Below are positions 13,465 to 27,300 of a stretch of DNA of 64,000 nt, in pieces. Origin of the DNA: Amoebophrya sp. A120 (Eukaryota > Protista > Dinoflagellata); NCBI GenBank assembly GCA_905178155.1, contig CAJINV010000015.1, positions 1,299,495 to 1,363,494 on the forward strand. The letters run 5' to 3'. The notes beneath the pieces are model-generated. The model saw only the letters and a list, made by a program, of their open reading frames with translations. It was not told the origin of the DNA and did no database searches. Both the position numbers and the translations under genes were made by a program. The first letter of the stretch is position 1, and the number at the start of each line of letters is the position of its first letter.

Positions 13465-13704
13465 TAGGTCTGTAAAAGCTTACTTCGATTTTTTTTGTTT
13501 TTTGTTTTTTGGTAGTTGTTTGCTTTGGCGTCTTTTTTTTGTTTTTTTGTGGCTTTTTTCTTTTTTGTTAATGCACACAGCAGATTAGGTCTGTAAAAAC
13601 TTACTTCGATTTTTTTTTGTTTTTTTGTTTTTTGGTAGTTGCTTGCTTTGGCGCCTCTTTTTTTATTTTTTTGTGATTTTTTTCTTTTAATGTACACAGT
13701 AGAA
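13465..13704. repeat. Two-copy ~120-bp T-rich tandem duplication
   Basis: TAGGTCTGTAAAA...TTAATGYACACAG begins at 13465 and again at 13586. Confidence 0.8.
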
Positions 13705-15350
13705 AGCTCTGGAAAATCGTTTGGTAAAAGATTTCTTCGGTAAGTTTTGGAGAGAGATTTTTTTGTTGATTCGAAAATTACCTGAGCGGGGGGCTGCTCT
13801 TTCTTTTTTATGGGGAAAGTAAGTGAAGAGATTACAAATGGAAATGCTGCGTAAATATGTCAAAACTGTGCAAAAGTAAAAGAAAACAAATTGATAAACT
13901 TAAATACGAAAGAGAATGAACTTGAACTAAATTAAAAAGTATTCGTTGTGTATAGCGTTCACTTGCGCTCGAGGGGACGAGCAGACAAATTCTGGGTGTA
14001 TAGCAAGTAGTCCTTCTCCTTTACTGCAAGAATACTATACTTAATTTTGTTTGAAAAAACGGGTTTAGATTTGTTTGTCAACTGGACTTTGTTCTTCTTG
14101 ATTTTTTGTTGAAAACAGTTTAAAACGCGAAATTCTTGATGAACCACTTTGTCTCAGGGAAAGGGGTGAAGTTTTCCTGTTGCAGGATAATTAGTTGGTA
14201 GAGTTTTAAATAAACCGCCACGCATGTTGGTCAACACAAGCTGAAAACCAAAGGCTGTAATTACGCTTGGACATCAACAAAACCGAAAACATGACTACCT
14301 GCACCGAGAAACTACCAAAAGCACCTGTGGCAAGAAGGCAAGAGCGAGCCTCTGTGCCTGTCCTTCTTTGCACGAACCGAAAAGAACGAGGAACTAGTAC
14401 TGACTTACTCCGAGAATAAAGTACGACAAACTCCAACCGACGACGAAGTAGGGCACGTTCTCCAGTGGTGCAGCTGTACGTTGTAGTTTTTGCACGAACT
14501 TCCTGGTCATGGTGAAACGAACGAAGTTTTCTTCCGCGGAACGTAACCGACGAGAAAAGTACATGGCAGAAGAAGCAGAACTACCGATGGGCGTGTTTTT
14601 GAAGGGAAAAGCACGACTACCGAAAACTAGTCCACCGTCGAGCAAGGACCAGTTACGACTAGAACCGAAAGATAGATTGTAGGAAGAGGCCAAATTTTCT
14701 TCTTCACAAGCTGAACTCACTGTCCATGGACGGCGGACGATTGAAAATAAGGTGTTCTGGTGTTTTTCTGTTTTCGACAAGACCGGGTCAGCAATAGCCA
14801 AGTTCAGTTCGTCAAAAAGCGAAAGACCGTTATCAGTGGCTGTTGCGAGCTGCGAGGTAGCATACCACTGGCCCACAGTGCTGTGACATCAATTTATCAA
14901 TTTCCACGACCTTCTTTTACACAAAAAAAAACAAGAAAAATTTCAAATCGAATCGAAATCGAGAGATGTTGTCAAAGACCACAATAGAAGCGTCAAGCAA
15001 GGTTGAGTGAGGTGAAATAGAAAGTTACTTACACCTCGTTGCGCAATGAAATGATAGAAGTTCTGCACGGTTTATAATTTCCTAACGGTTCTAGTCGAAG
15101 ATATTTAAGTTTTCACACGCGGCATTGCTGTCTAGCATAGCCCTGCACCTCCAGCAGATCCAGTGTCAACAAAGACGGTTGAAGTTGAAGAATATCTTTA
15201 TCAAGCATGTATCTATTCGCTTCAAAAAATATCACTTTTGCACCAACCGATGAAATTTTTAGTACACCCTTCGCCCTCGCCGAGGACATCCTCGCTTTCC
15301 CAAGCGATAAACCCGTGCTGGGAGAAGATGAGCAGAAGACTAAACCACGA

Positions 15351-18300
15351 TCACGCGAAAAACAGATCGTCTTGGTCCAGCTTCTCACCGGGGAACCGCG
15401 TGATCTCCGTCGTCTCGCTGGAAAACCCCTTTACCTTCTTCGCAACCGCCTGCATGGCCAGTATCAAATGCAAAAATGTCTGGGTCTGGAAAAGTGGTGC
15501 AGATTTGTCATGCATATTTTCCATGCCCCATGAGATCTGGAATGCAGGACCTAGCATCACAGATTTTTGGAAGGCTTCCTGATGCCTGTTCCGCATGACA
15601 AACGCCCTCTCCGCGTAGCACATTCTGGGCTCCTCTTTCTGGTCACGCAATACTGATTTTTTTAGAATCCAAAGACAGCATGACAAGTTTGGATCCTTCC
15701 AGACCCAGACATATTTGCAATGCATAGCCAGCAGGTCTTTGCCACGGATGAGCACGACGATGGAGGCCCCGTCTATAACCCGCTCAGGTGTTACAATCTT
15801 AAACGTTACAATAGAATATGAAAATCTGTGACGCAGGACTGCATGCTCTAGCCAACTTTCATAGGATTGCGCGTGACAAGTTCCGGAGCCCCAAACCCCA
15901 CTACAATCTGGCGAAATTTGTATTGCAAAAGGTGGAACGCTGTGCGAGTCTGTCATGCTCATCATGCAACACAAATTCCAGATTCTATTGTAACGTTTGA
16001 AATTGTAACGCTTGAGCAAGTCATACCGTCCTCGGAAATTTTCGCGAAAAGTTCCACCTTGCTCGAGTCGGCCGCTTCGTCAAGAACGGAAATAAAGTTC
16101 TGCAACGCGACGCTGCCGTGATCGTCGACGGACCGCGAGTTTGACTTGCAGCATCAAAATGAAACATCCCCCCTCCCCATATCGGAACAAAGTCTGTGAC
16201 GCTGGATTTGCGTACACCAATCAGATTGGTCTTGCTGGAGCGGACTGCAGGCCAACAGCAAGCCTGAGTAAAGAGGTTGCGGCCTAGGCGCTGAGCATGA
16301 GAAACGTCTGCGCTGAAGGTGCCGAACAGCATCACTACAAACCGCCGCCATAATGCGGCGGCTGTCTGTGGAGTCGCCTTCTTGCAAGACAGAGATGATT
16401 TGCGGTCGCAAATCAGCATTGCAAATTTTCTGCGACGTCCCTTTTCGATATGGGCAGGGGGGATTTTTCCCCACGATATCCAATTCGTCAAGTTTCCAGA
16501 AATCGTGGCAAACATGCGCAACGGGAAATTTGTGTTGGTCTTTTCCAGTCTCAAATGTAAAAACGTCTGGGTCTGGAAGAGTTTGTCATGCTTGTCTGGC
16601 ATGACTCTCAAATATGTCATGCACGTTACCCAAGAGCGCCATTTTTGTGTCACGCGGAAACGCAGTTTGTCATGCAGAATAGGCAACACCTAGAAGCTCA
16701 GAAACTTGTCATGCTGAGCCAGCACTTGTGTCCTCCTTACGATACGCCACCCAGCATCACAAGTTTCCAGACCCAGACGTTTTCGCATTTGATATCCAGC
16801 AGGATCTCGTTTTTGGTGTCTTGGTCGCTCTCGAGCTGGAGCAGCAACACGGCACACTGCTTCACGAATTCCGGGTATCGACGGGGGCAAAAGAAACAGC
16901 TTCTTGAGCTTCATGGTGAATGTTTTGCATGACAACGTTTCGCCCTGGCTTCTTGTTCTTCGCGCAAACGAAATAGGACACTTTTAGCATGAGAAACGGT
17001 TCTGTTTATGCGGGTTTTGCAAGACAGGCTCACGAACATGAACGAAGCTGTTTTCTTCCCCTCGATATCGCGGAGGAAGTGCAGTAGACGCCGGACTCCG
17101 TGCGGGATTTACCTGCATGTTGTTTTTCTTCTACGTCGGAACAACTTTGTCATGCTGTACTACATGCGTAGACACGACACATCGACATATGACAACGCGC
17201 ATGATGACAAGCCAACTCTATACCCTTTCGCAAGCTGACGTAACTCTTCCGCGCGTTCTCTTTGGGGTCCCCGTGACCACACAGCTTCGCCAATATGCAT
17301 TGCAAAAGTATCGCATATTCGTGGAAATTGCAAAAAGTATGCAAATGTTTTCATGACTTGCAAAAGCCCCCCCCTTTTCGCCGGAAAATTTCTCCGGACG
17401 CCTTCGAGAAACAGAATTCGCGCCAAGTCGATCAGTTTGGCGCGCTAGCGTAAGTTAGTAGCTCTTTGTTTTGAAGCTTCGCAAACCTCTGCAGCAGCAC
17501 GAAGATCGACGGCACAAAACAAATCCCCCTAGGGGGGCAATCAAAGCCGGCTGACTTTGCGAGCGCGCTGACAACAAAAGCGAAAGCGCGCTGGCTTTGC
17601 ACTTCGGGCTCGCCCAGAGGTCCCCTCAGGAAGGGAGTAAAAAGTCCGCTCCTTTTCGCTCCGTTTTACGAATAGGCTGGAGAAGTGGGGGAGTGAAATT
17701 CCATGAACTTTTCGCACGCAGCGAGCTTTCGCGCTGCCTCCTGAAGACATTCAAAAAACCAAGTGAAAGCTCACTGGCTTTTTCACTCGGAGTGAGAAGT
17801 CGCCTACACATCCCGAAAGGCTTAGAGAAAAGAAGTGAGAAATCAGTGATTTCTCACTCTCGCGAAATCTTGACGGCTGGAAACCTTTTTGGAGTCCGAC
17901 TCCAGAGTGAGAATTTTTCAAAAGTGAGAAATCAGTGATTTCTCACTACTTTTCTCGAAGGTACCCGGGCCCCGAAGAAATTTGGCGCTCGGGTACCTTC
18001 GAGAAAAGTAGTGAGAAATCACTGATTTCTCACTTTTGAAAAATTCTCACTCTGGGAAGAGTCAACGCGACTCCGACCAGAGTGAGAGTCTTGCAAAGTG
18101 AGAAGTCACATTTTTCCCACTCCGTTTCTCGGATTGTTCGAGAAGCCGAGTGAGAAATCAGTGATTTCTCACTTTTCCCAAATGAAAACTTTTCAGAAGT
18201 CAGCGGAGCGACTTCTCGCTTTTCAACATGAAAACTTTTCAGAAGTGACAAATCACTGATTTCTCACTTTTCCAGAAAGAAAATGCTTCAGAAACGAGAA

Positions 18301-21300
18301 GTCGCTGACTTTTCACTCCTTTTCTAGAAGACCAGTGGAAACACAGTGAGAAGTCCGTAGCTTCTCACTTTTCAACGATGAAAATTTGTCGGAAGTCAGA
18401 AAGCACGGGCCTCGCGCCCTGTTGTTGGACGGAATGTTGGCGGGTTGTTTCTCAAAAAGAAACTGCCCCAGACGGAAGGCGGGCCCCTTGTGGCCCACGC
18501 GTCCACGCGCGGCCCGTTTGCGAAATTCTCGCACTGCCACCCCTCGAAAGCCTTCAGGGAGGTTTTCCGGTTATCAATTCTATCAGAGGGTTGCAAGTCA
18601 TGAATGTTTTCAGAAGGAGAAATGAATTTTTTCGCTTTGCTGGTTCAGATTGTGAAGGAGAAGATTTGTAATGCATGTCTGCAATTACTACGCAACCCGA
18701 TCCTTTTGCGATGCATAGCCAGTTTCTTGCAGCAGTTCTCCCCTCGGTAGAGCTGCAAGAGCCAGAAGGCCTTGACGTCTTTATCGAACCACTCCCCCCG
18801 GTCTCAAATGTAAAAATGTCTGGGTCTGGAAGAATGCAACTTGTCATGCTAAATCTGAAGCATGCAAAAATCTGTGTTGCGTCATTACCAAAAGTCGTCC
18901 GGTTTTGACCTAGTCGGGAGGGAGTTTCTCATGCAGGATAGGCATGAGAGAGATCGCAAAGAATCTGTCATGCTAGGTCCTGCATTCCAGACCTCATGGG
19001 TCATGGAAAAGCTGCATGACAAGTCGCGCACTCTACTTCCAGACCCAGATATTTTTGCATTTGATACCCGGTCGGACTCCTTGAAGTACCCATCCTGTTT
19101 GCTATGGATTGCAAATATGTCTGGGTCTGGAAGATTCTGGGACTTGTGATGCACGTTTTGCATGAGCCATGATATCTGTGATGCATGCCGTAGCATCACA
19201 CATGTTTTAAGGGCGTCTTGAACTTGATGCCTATTCCGCATGACAAATGCCCTCCCCGCGTAGCAGAGATCGCATTCCCTTTTCTGCTCATGCAGTACAA
19301 ATTTTTTGGAATCCAAATGCAGCATCACAAGTAGTTGCATTCTTCCAGACCCAGACATTTTTGCATTTGATACTTGCAGTCCTGCTCCCAGATCATTTTT
19401 TTCAATTCGTGCGGCACTTTGTTCAAAAACTTCACCAAATTCTTCACGCTGAACCCGTTCTGCTTCAAAATCCGCAGGCTCCGCGACAAAAACCGCTCTT
19501 CGATGAGGACGAAGGCGATGTTTTTCCCGAACTTTTCCGTAATGGACACGTGGTCTTGGTCGCCGAAATTCACTCCGTCGTCCGCCTCTTCGCCGACCAA
19601 CTGGAGTAGTTTTATATTTATCAAATGCAAAAGTGTCTGGGCCTGGAAACTTGTAATGCTGCGTTGGGAATAGTGAATGCTCTGTAATGCACAGCCAAGC
19701 ATGAGAAATATCTGCGCTTCTTTGTTTTGCGTTTCTCACATGACAAGCTGCGTTTTTGTATGACAGGCAGAAGGATCTCTTCTTGGACACGCATCACAAA
19801 CTTTTTGGTCATGCCAGACAAGAAGCATGACAAGTCTCGCAATCTTCCATACCCAGACATTTTTGCATTTGATAATCTTCTTCGCGCCGCCGCCAAACGA
19901 CCCGAGTCCCAAGGAAGTGGCGAAAGCGGTTGGACCCTTCACCTGGAGCGCCGAGGAAAGGACCGATTTGGACTTGGGGGAGTGCGTGAAGTAAGTGGCC
20001 GCCACTTCATCGTTGTCGGAGGACGAATTGAAGAGCGAATCCGGGTCCACCGCAACTACGGAGTTGGTAAAGGTCGTCCGGTATCCACTGCAAGTATGTC
20101 TGGGTCCTCTGAAACAAGGTTGCATAATCTCTACTCACGAAGGTTTCGCATGACACAAAAGGTCCACTGGAATGCGAGCTGTGGCGTCACAAGTGTTGAC
20201 TTCAAGGCCTCCAAATGCGTATTCTGCATGGGAAGTACCATCCCCGGGAGTGAACGTGTTTTGCTGCTTGCGCAATACAGGTTTTTGTATCGCCCAGACC
20301 TAGCATTAGCATGACAAACTCAGATCCTTCCAGATCCAGACATATCTGTAATGCGTATCCGCGTTGATGATTTCATCTGTCCACTCATCAACCCACTCAT
20401 TGCGTTCATGCCGCCGCCACCCGAGCTTCCCTCCTCCCACAACTGCATCTTCTTCGCCTCAAACCTGGATTTGGTCAGCCGGTACCTCTCGTTTGATCGG
20501 ACGTCCGTCAGCGGGAACGAAGGCAAGACGGAACTCGCACCGAAAAAGGATTTCAAACCAAAGAAAACGTTGAAGTAGTAGAAGGACTCGCGGTATGGTG
20601 TGCAAAAGTGTAGCGCTCATTTTTTTGCTTTATTTCCTTTGGTAGAAGTAGCAAACTGCATGACCACACAACCTTTATTCGCGTAGGCGCGTCGTGTGTT
20701 TCAGCATCACAAGTTGCATGCCAGCACACGACCTTCGTAACTTGAAAGAACGCAGATATTTTTGTTCCGAAGTTAACTAAAACATAGATACACAACAACT
20801 TTTGCACTCCGTACACTTGGCAGTTTTGTGAACTTCCACCGGCCCTGCTGTCCAGCATAGACCGCCTTAGATTTTCGGAAAATGAAGTTCTCGATTTTCT
20901 CGAAGCATTTCTCCCCACGATACACCGCAAACAGCACCACAGACTGCTTGGCGGCCTCGGAGAGCAAGGGAGAGCGGAGGAAGTACTCGGTTGTCGTAGT
21001 TAACTCCGGGTCAATCTGCTTCAAGTCCACGATGCGGAGGGAGATCAAGTCGAGGCCGCCACCGTACACACTGCTCGCGCCCGCGGTACTCTGCTCCTCC
21101 AGTTCCTCAATCGAGAGTATGAGACTGCACAACTGTTTCTGTCCCTCGTTTCAAGTGCATGAGCAGTGACAAAAGCCATGCCACAACATATGTGGCTTCC
21201 GCATGACAAGTCCACTGACGGAATCATTGTATTGCTTACTGGTAGTTCTTGGTAGGGTTCCGAAATTTTTCATGCGAAGAGTTTTGTTGCGCTGCCAGGC

Positions 21301-24300
21301 AAGATACGTGTCACTTCGCATCACAAAGGAGGGGACGGAGCTGCTGTTGTACAGTCCCATAGACAGCTCGCAAATTTCCGCGAAGGGCTTCAGGTCCTCG
21401 TTGCCTAGTAAAGGCAGCATGGTCACCACGATTTCGTTTGGGTCCTCCTCCTTGCCCGTCGCACCGCTATTCGTTTCGTACGAAAACTGCTGCGGGAGAT
21501 TCCGGATTTTCATGCCGTACGAATCCATGGCGATTTCCGAGAAGACGTGGTGACTCTGCAGGCCCTCGATGCGCTCCAGCGGTTTCGCGCCGGCCTCCCG
21601 CACGGCGGTGATGACGAAGGAAGACTGCTGGTTCGCACTTTCGGATGCTGCCTTGGTGCCCACCGCGCCAAACTTTTTCTATCCTGTGTAAAAACGTCCC
21701 CACCCCAGAGTTGTCATGCAGATTTGCAATTATGACAGGAGCATTTATAGCGCGCATCTACAAGAGAGGCATTTCCAATCGTGTTTTGGCATTTGTAATG
21801 CTGTAAACAGGATAAGGAGATGGCTTTGTGATGCCACTGTCCTTGCTGACCTGGACTACACTACAAAGACGAACTTGTCATGCATGTCTCCCAAAACTCC
21901 TGGATTTGTGTTGCACAGTTCGCAACTTGACTATGGGGTGGGGACGTTTTTACTCAGAATATTTTCTTCTGCGGATTCACGGATAATACCTTGCCCACGT
22001 GCCGCAGGTACAGCTCGATTTTCGGGATCAACTCCGAGGGAGACAGCGCGTGCCGGAGACCGATGGAGAACACCTGCTCCGGGAACACGTGAAACGCGTA
22101 AGTGAACTGCAAGTCCTTCTCCGTGTTTTCAAACAGCAGCCCGCGGTAAAGGTTTTCTAGCTCCGATTTCCGTTGCAGCGCCGAGATCGTCCCGGTATTG
22201 GGCTTGATCAGTTTTTCCCCAAACGTAGCCAAGTCCTCCACTCGGCCGCCGAACGCCCACACAAGGTCGACCACGCCCCGCGCGGGCGGGGACACGACGT
22301 GCTCGTTGCCCTCCATGGCGCCAAACCTGGCGTTCAACGACTTCGGGTCGGTCCGCCGGGCGATCTCCGGGCTGGGCCCGACAATCTCCCGGATAAGCTC
22401 CACGCAATCCGGGCCCCGGAAGGCAATCACGATGTTCTTCTGCTTGGGGTCGAGGTGGTGTTTCAGGATCGACGGGATGTGGCCGGCGGGTGGGGTGATG
22501 GAAATGAAAAGAGTTTTGAATCAAGTTTCGGTCTTCATGCTTGAATAAATGTTCTAGAAGAAGAAGATGCAGATGGCCCGTTATTATACTTTGGTAATAA
22601 AACTCCGTCATGCAGAGTTGTAAAAGCGGGATGCAGTAGACCAGGAGCATGCTTTTCGCTTCTTGATGATCCAATTGTGAATCCCACTTTCATAGAATAT
22701 CCTGTGCAAAAGTATCGTACTCGTACTAATTGCAATCATGCATGACAAATCTTGTTTCTTAGCGAAATCAGCATTACAAATTCGATTTTTCCTTCTGAAA
22801 AAATTTGTGTTGCGATTTATACAAGTACGATACTTTTGCAATGCATATAGAATCAAGTGCTGCGATCGACGTCATTTCCTCGGTCAAGTTATCAAATGCA
22901 AAAGTCTCTAGGTCTGCAAGGTTGCAACTTGTCATGCAGATTTTACATGACCCGTGACGTCTGTGATGTATTCCCTAGCATGATCACAGATTTTCTGACT
23001 ACGTCTTGATGCCTATTCCGCATGACAAATGGCCTCCCCGCGTAGCAAAAACTGGACTCCTCTTGCTGGTCACGCAATACAGATTTTTTTAGAGTCCGAA
23101 GTTAGCATCACAAGTTCGAATTTTCCAGACCCAGAAATTTTTGCATTTGATACAAGTACACCGTTCGCAACGCACACACGTACAAGCCCTTTCGCAAGGC
23201 TTGCAGAATGAGTTCTCCGAGCAGGCTGGCATTTTTCACCACCACCGCACAGGACTGCTCATAAAACTGCTTGTCGGAGAGCGAGACGTCGCTGGGGGAT
23301 TTTTGTTTCATGACAACGTTCGATGCAACACGATGAACTACAGGTGCAAACAATAATATGAGTTTCAAGTCTGTCATGCACGGAGAGAATGATTGATAGA
23401 AAAAGCGATAGAAAATGTTAAGTACGTGGCGGAATAGTGGCGATCCAGTTTCTCCGCGTACCCTCCGGCATCCCCGGAACTTGCGTAGGAGCCGACCAAA
23501 TTGGGTCCGAACCCGAAGGGGCTTGTGACCAGCGGGTGCCACTTGTCCACGTCGATGGGGATGAAATCGCCGGAGTTCTCCAGCTCTTCAAAAGCCTCCT
23601 TGGCATAATTCCTCGCGCGTTCTTCCTCCGAGTCCGACTGGTCTGCGAGTTGCTGCAGCTTCTGTAACACCACCCGCTCCGGCGCCGCAATGAGTAAATA
23701 CAAACCGTAGAAGGACATGCTGGTAGAGACCGCTTCGTTCGGAATGCTCTGCCCGTCGATCAAAAGCAAAACACTCGCGTTGCACACAGCCACGGAGCTT
23801 TGCAACAGTTGCAACGACTTTTCCGATACCACCGGTCTCTCTTCAGTCGAAAACGGTAACAGGTAGAATTTCTGGTTCATGGCCATGGCCTGCCCTAAAA
23901 ATCCATTGATGGGTAGCAAGCTCGGTTTGCTGGCCTTCGACCCGGCGAAGTGGGTCAGCGGGTAGTCGTATTTTTCTTTCACAAGTTGATCCAGCATCTT
24001 CACGTCAAACTCAACTTCTTGTTCGGAGGCGGACGACTCTTTGGATTTATTCAACAAATCCACGGACGCAGCTGCCGCGGCCTTACTCGTCGATTTCGCG
24101 GACGTCTTCCAACTCGCGGTTTGCACCTCGTTCTCGCTCGAACTCAGGTTCGAGGAATCTTCCCCGTTGTTCTCTTTGTTTTCCTCGACGCTACTCGCAA
24201 TCGTCGTGGCTTTCGTCTCCTTATTCTCCATTTTTTTCACAATCACGTCGTTCTTGCTGCTCGTCACCTGCAAATTTGCCATGTGCTCGGCGACCCGGGA

Positions 24301-27300
24301 GGAAGGCTCGAGAACCATGTCTAACCCCCGCATCCGCTCCTGCAGCATTTTCCGCCGTTATTCAGAGGAAAAATCCCCCCTCCCCATATCGAAAAGGCAC
24401 ACTTCCGAAAATTTGTCGTGCTGATTTGAGACCACAAATCACGTCTGTCGTGCAAGAGGACAAATGCAGAGGCTTCCCTGCCATTATGGGAGCGGTTTGG
24501 CATGCTGTTGGGCCAGGAGGGCAGTCGTTTGTAATGCTAAGCATCTAGACCAAACTGTCCCTCCCTAGGCTGCGGATCTGGCTGCGATGCCGTGTTGCAA
24601 GACAGCGCGCATTTGTGTACACTAATCCTGCATCACAGATTTCCCATTTGATATGGGGTGGGGGGATTTTTCCTTTTGATAGCCGTTCTTCGACCTCTTC
24701 CGCGAACCGCTTTTTCTCCTCTTCGTCTTCCCTCCGCTTATGCTCTGCAAAAGTATCGCATTCGTACGAATCGCAATACAGCATGACAAATCTAGCTTGT
24801 TCCCGTTCCCCGAATCAGCATTACAAATTGCATTTCTCCTTCTACAGCAAAAATTTCTGATGCAATTTGTAGTAGTACGATGCTTTTGCAATGCATACCG
24901 CTGCTGCTCCCGCGATTTCTGCACTATCGGTTGGTCCTTCGAGGCCCGACTCGGGTTGGTCATCTTCCGCAGGTTCGCGAGTAGTTGCTGTTGCGTATCC
25001 TATGTAAAAACGTCCCTACACCAGAGGCAAGATGGGAAATCCGCTAGAGAAATCAGCCACCTTTGGTCGTTTGGCATGACAAATCTGCCCTCGTAGTGTA
25101 GTGCTGTTTCCGCTAGCTAAGCAGCATCACAGATCTAGTATATGATGCTGATTGGAGCATGACAAATTCCAAAACACGGCGAGACAATACTTCTCCTGGG
25201 GCTCCGCATGAGAAACATTTTCAGCATGCAGATTTGCATTACAACTTTGGGGTGGGAACCTTTTTAAATACGATATTGCGCGGCGTCCGCCTGGACTTCC
25301 AGATTGTGGTTTTTCGTATCGCTGGCCGGGTCGATGTCGTGTTCCGCTTGCAGTAACGCGCCCTTGTTAACCGCGACCTGCTCGGGGGAGAGTGGCTCCT
25401 CGTCCCGCTCGGAACTCGTGGTGCTATCGGACACTTTGCGGGGCCGCGGCTGCTCTAGTAGATCATTCCGATCATTTTGTTCTTCTTCCACCTCCTCTAT
25501 CACGCACGTGTTTATTTCCCTTGGGCCTGCACTATCATCGTTCACTTTTTCCACCATTCTCACGAACTCTTTGTCTTCCGCGATGCAAGTCTGGATCTCC
25601 GCCAAACTCGTCTGTTTTTTCGCGGTGGAACTGACGCCCTTCTTGTGCATGATCGACTCGATCTCGTCGACTTTCTGCTTCATATGCATTGCAAAAGTAT
25701 GGTACTAGTATGAATTGCAATACAAATTTCCTCAGCATGAGAAATAAAATTTGTAATGCTGATTTACCTTGAGAAAGAAATCTGTAATGCATGCATGCAA
25801 TTACTACGAGTACGATACTTTTGCACAAGATACTTCACCGCCTCCGATAAATCTTCGTAGTGGTCGTACTTATCCACAAACCCGCTGGCCGAGAACTATG
25901 AGAGTGCACAGGTTCTTCCCCTCCCCCTCATTTGTAATGCAAAATACCCTACTCCAAATCTTGCCTCCCAGCACGGATTACATGACAAACTTTGGAGCGG
26001 CCTTAAACAGTACTACACTCCGTGTGCATATTTGTCATGTGGAGCCAACACTTCTGGCGTTGCCTGCGTTGCTGATCATGCCACTCAAATGAGGGGACGG
26101 GGAGTTGTGCACTGTCATAAGAACCCGCCGGAGACCAACAGCTCCTCCGCCTCGGACAACTTCCCGAACTCCTGGTGCGCCTTCTGCTTGATCTTGCTGC
26201 GGTATGACAGTGCACAATTCCCCCTCCCCCTCATTCGTATAGCATGAACGGCAATACAAGCATCAGCAAGAATGCCGGTTTTGCATGACAGATTTGCACT
26301 GGATTCTAGTGCTATTTGGGCTACCAGAACTTGTCATGCACACAGTGCCAAGAGGCAGAGGGTGGATTGGGTATTTTGCATGACAAATGGGGGGGAGGGG
26401 GAGTTGTGCACTGTCATATGCGGTTTTTCAGCGTCTGCTTCGCCGCGGCCGCTGCGGCGGTGGTTGTTCGCGACGGAGGCTGGAAGGAAATAGGTGGGGC
26501 AGGCGCTTTGAACTCGGTTTTATCGTACTTCTTTCCGACCTTCTCCAGCGCCTGCGCCTTCAGATTCGCGCGGGCCTGCTGGAAGTTGTTGTCTTCAGAA
26601 TCGGTGGAGTTTGCGTCGGAAGAGTCGTGCTCGTCAGTGTCGACGGTGCCGCGGCCTGTGGTTTGCAATTTTATTACCAACAATTTGTTTCATTCTGGGG
26701 TTACAAAACCATGCATTTTTTTTCAGACACTGGCACGCATGACAAACTGCAACTACAACTCCAGTCCTTACCTTGCTTTCCCTTGCCCTTCCCTCCTGCT
26801 GTTTGTGGGGTTGGCTTGCTGGCTGCACTGCCACTCGTTCGAGTTGTAGCAGATGCGGCGATAGCAGGTCCACTCTTTCCTCCTCCACTAGTTGAAACCA
26901 TCTTTTTCTCCCCTGCAGCTTTTTCTCCTTCCGCCTCTGCGCCCGTCTTCTCGCCGGCTTTCTTATTCGGATTCAGCAACCTGGTAAATTCCTGCCGCGA
27001 CAGCGTTTCTCCTATGTAAAAACGTCCCCACCTCATAGCTGTAGTGCAAATCTGCATGCTGAAAATGCTTCTCATGCGGAGCCCTATGGCAAGCATTTTC
27101 TAGCCGTGTTTTGGAATTTGTAATGCTAGAACCAGCATGATAGGCCACATCTGTGATGCCGCTGAACAAGCTGGCCAGGATTACACTACGAGGCCCAACT
27201 TGTCATGCGCAACAGCCATCAAAGCTGGGTGGTTAGTCTAGCAGATTTCCCATCTTGACTATGGGGTGGGGACGTTTTTACACAGGATAGCGTCTCCATC

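Larger units (their letters stand above)
17294..18717. mobile_element. Introner family C enlarged by a nested insertion
   Basis: TATGCATTGCAAAAGTATCG...CGATCCTTTTGCGATGCATA; DR GCCAA/GCCAG; 165 bp remain after removing the nested element and one TSD. Confidence 0.8.
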
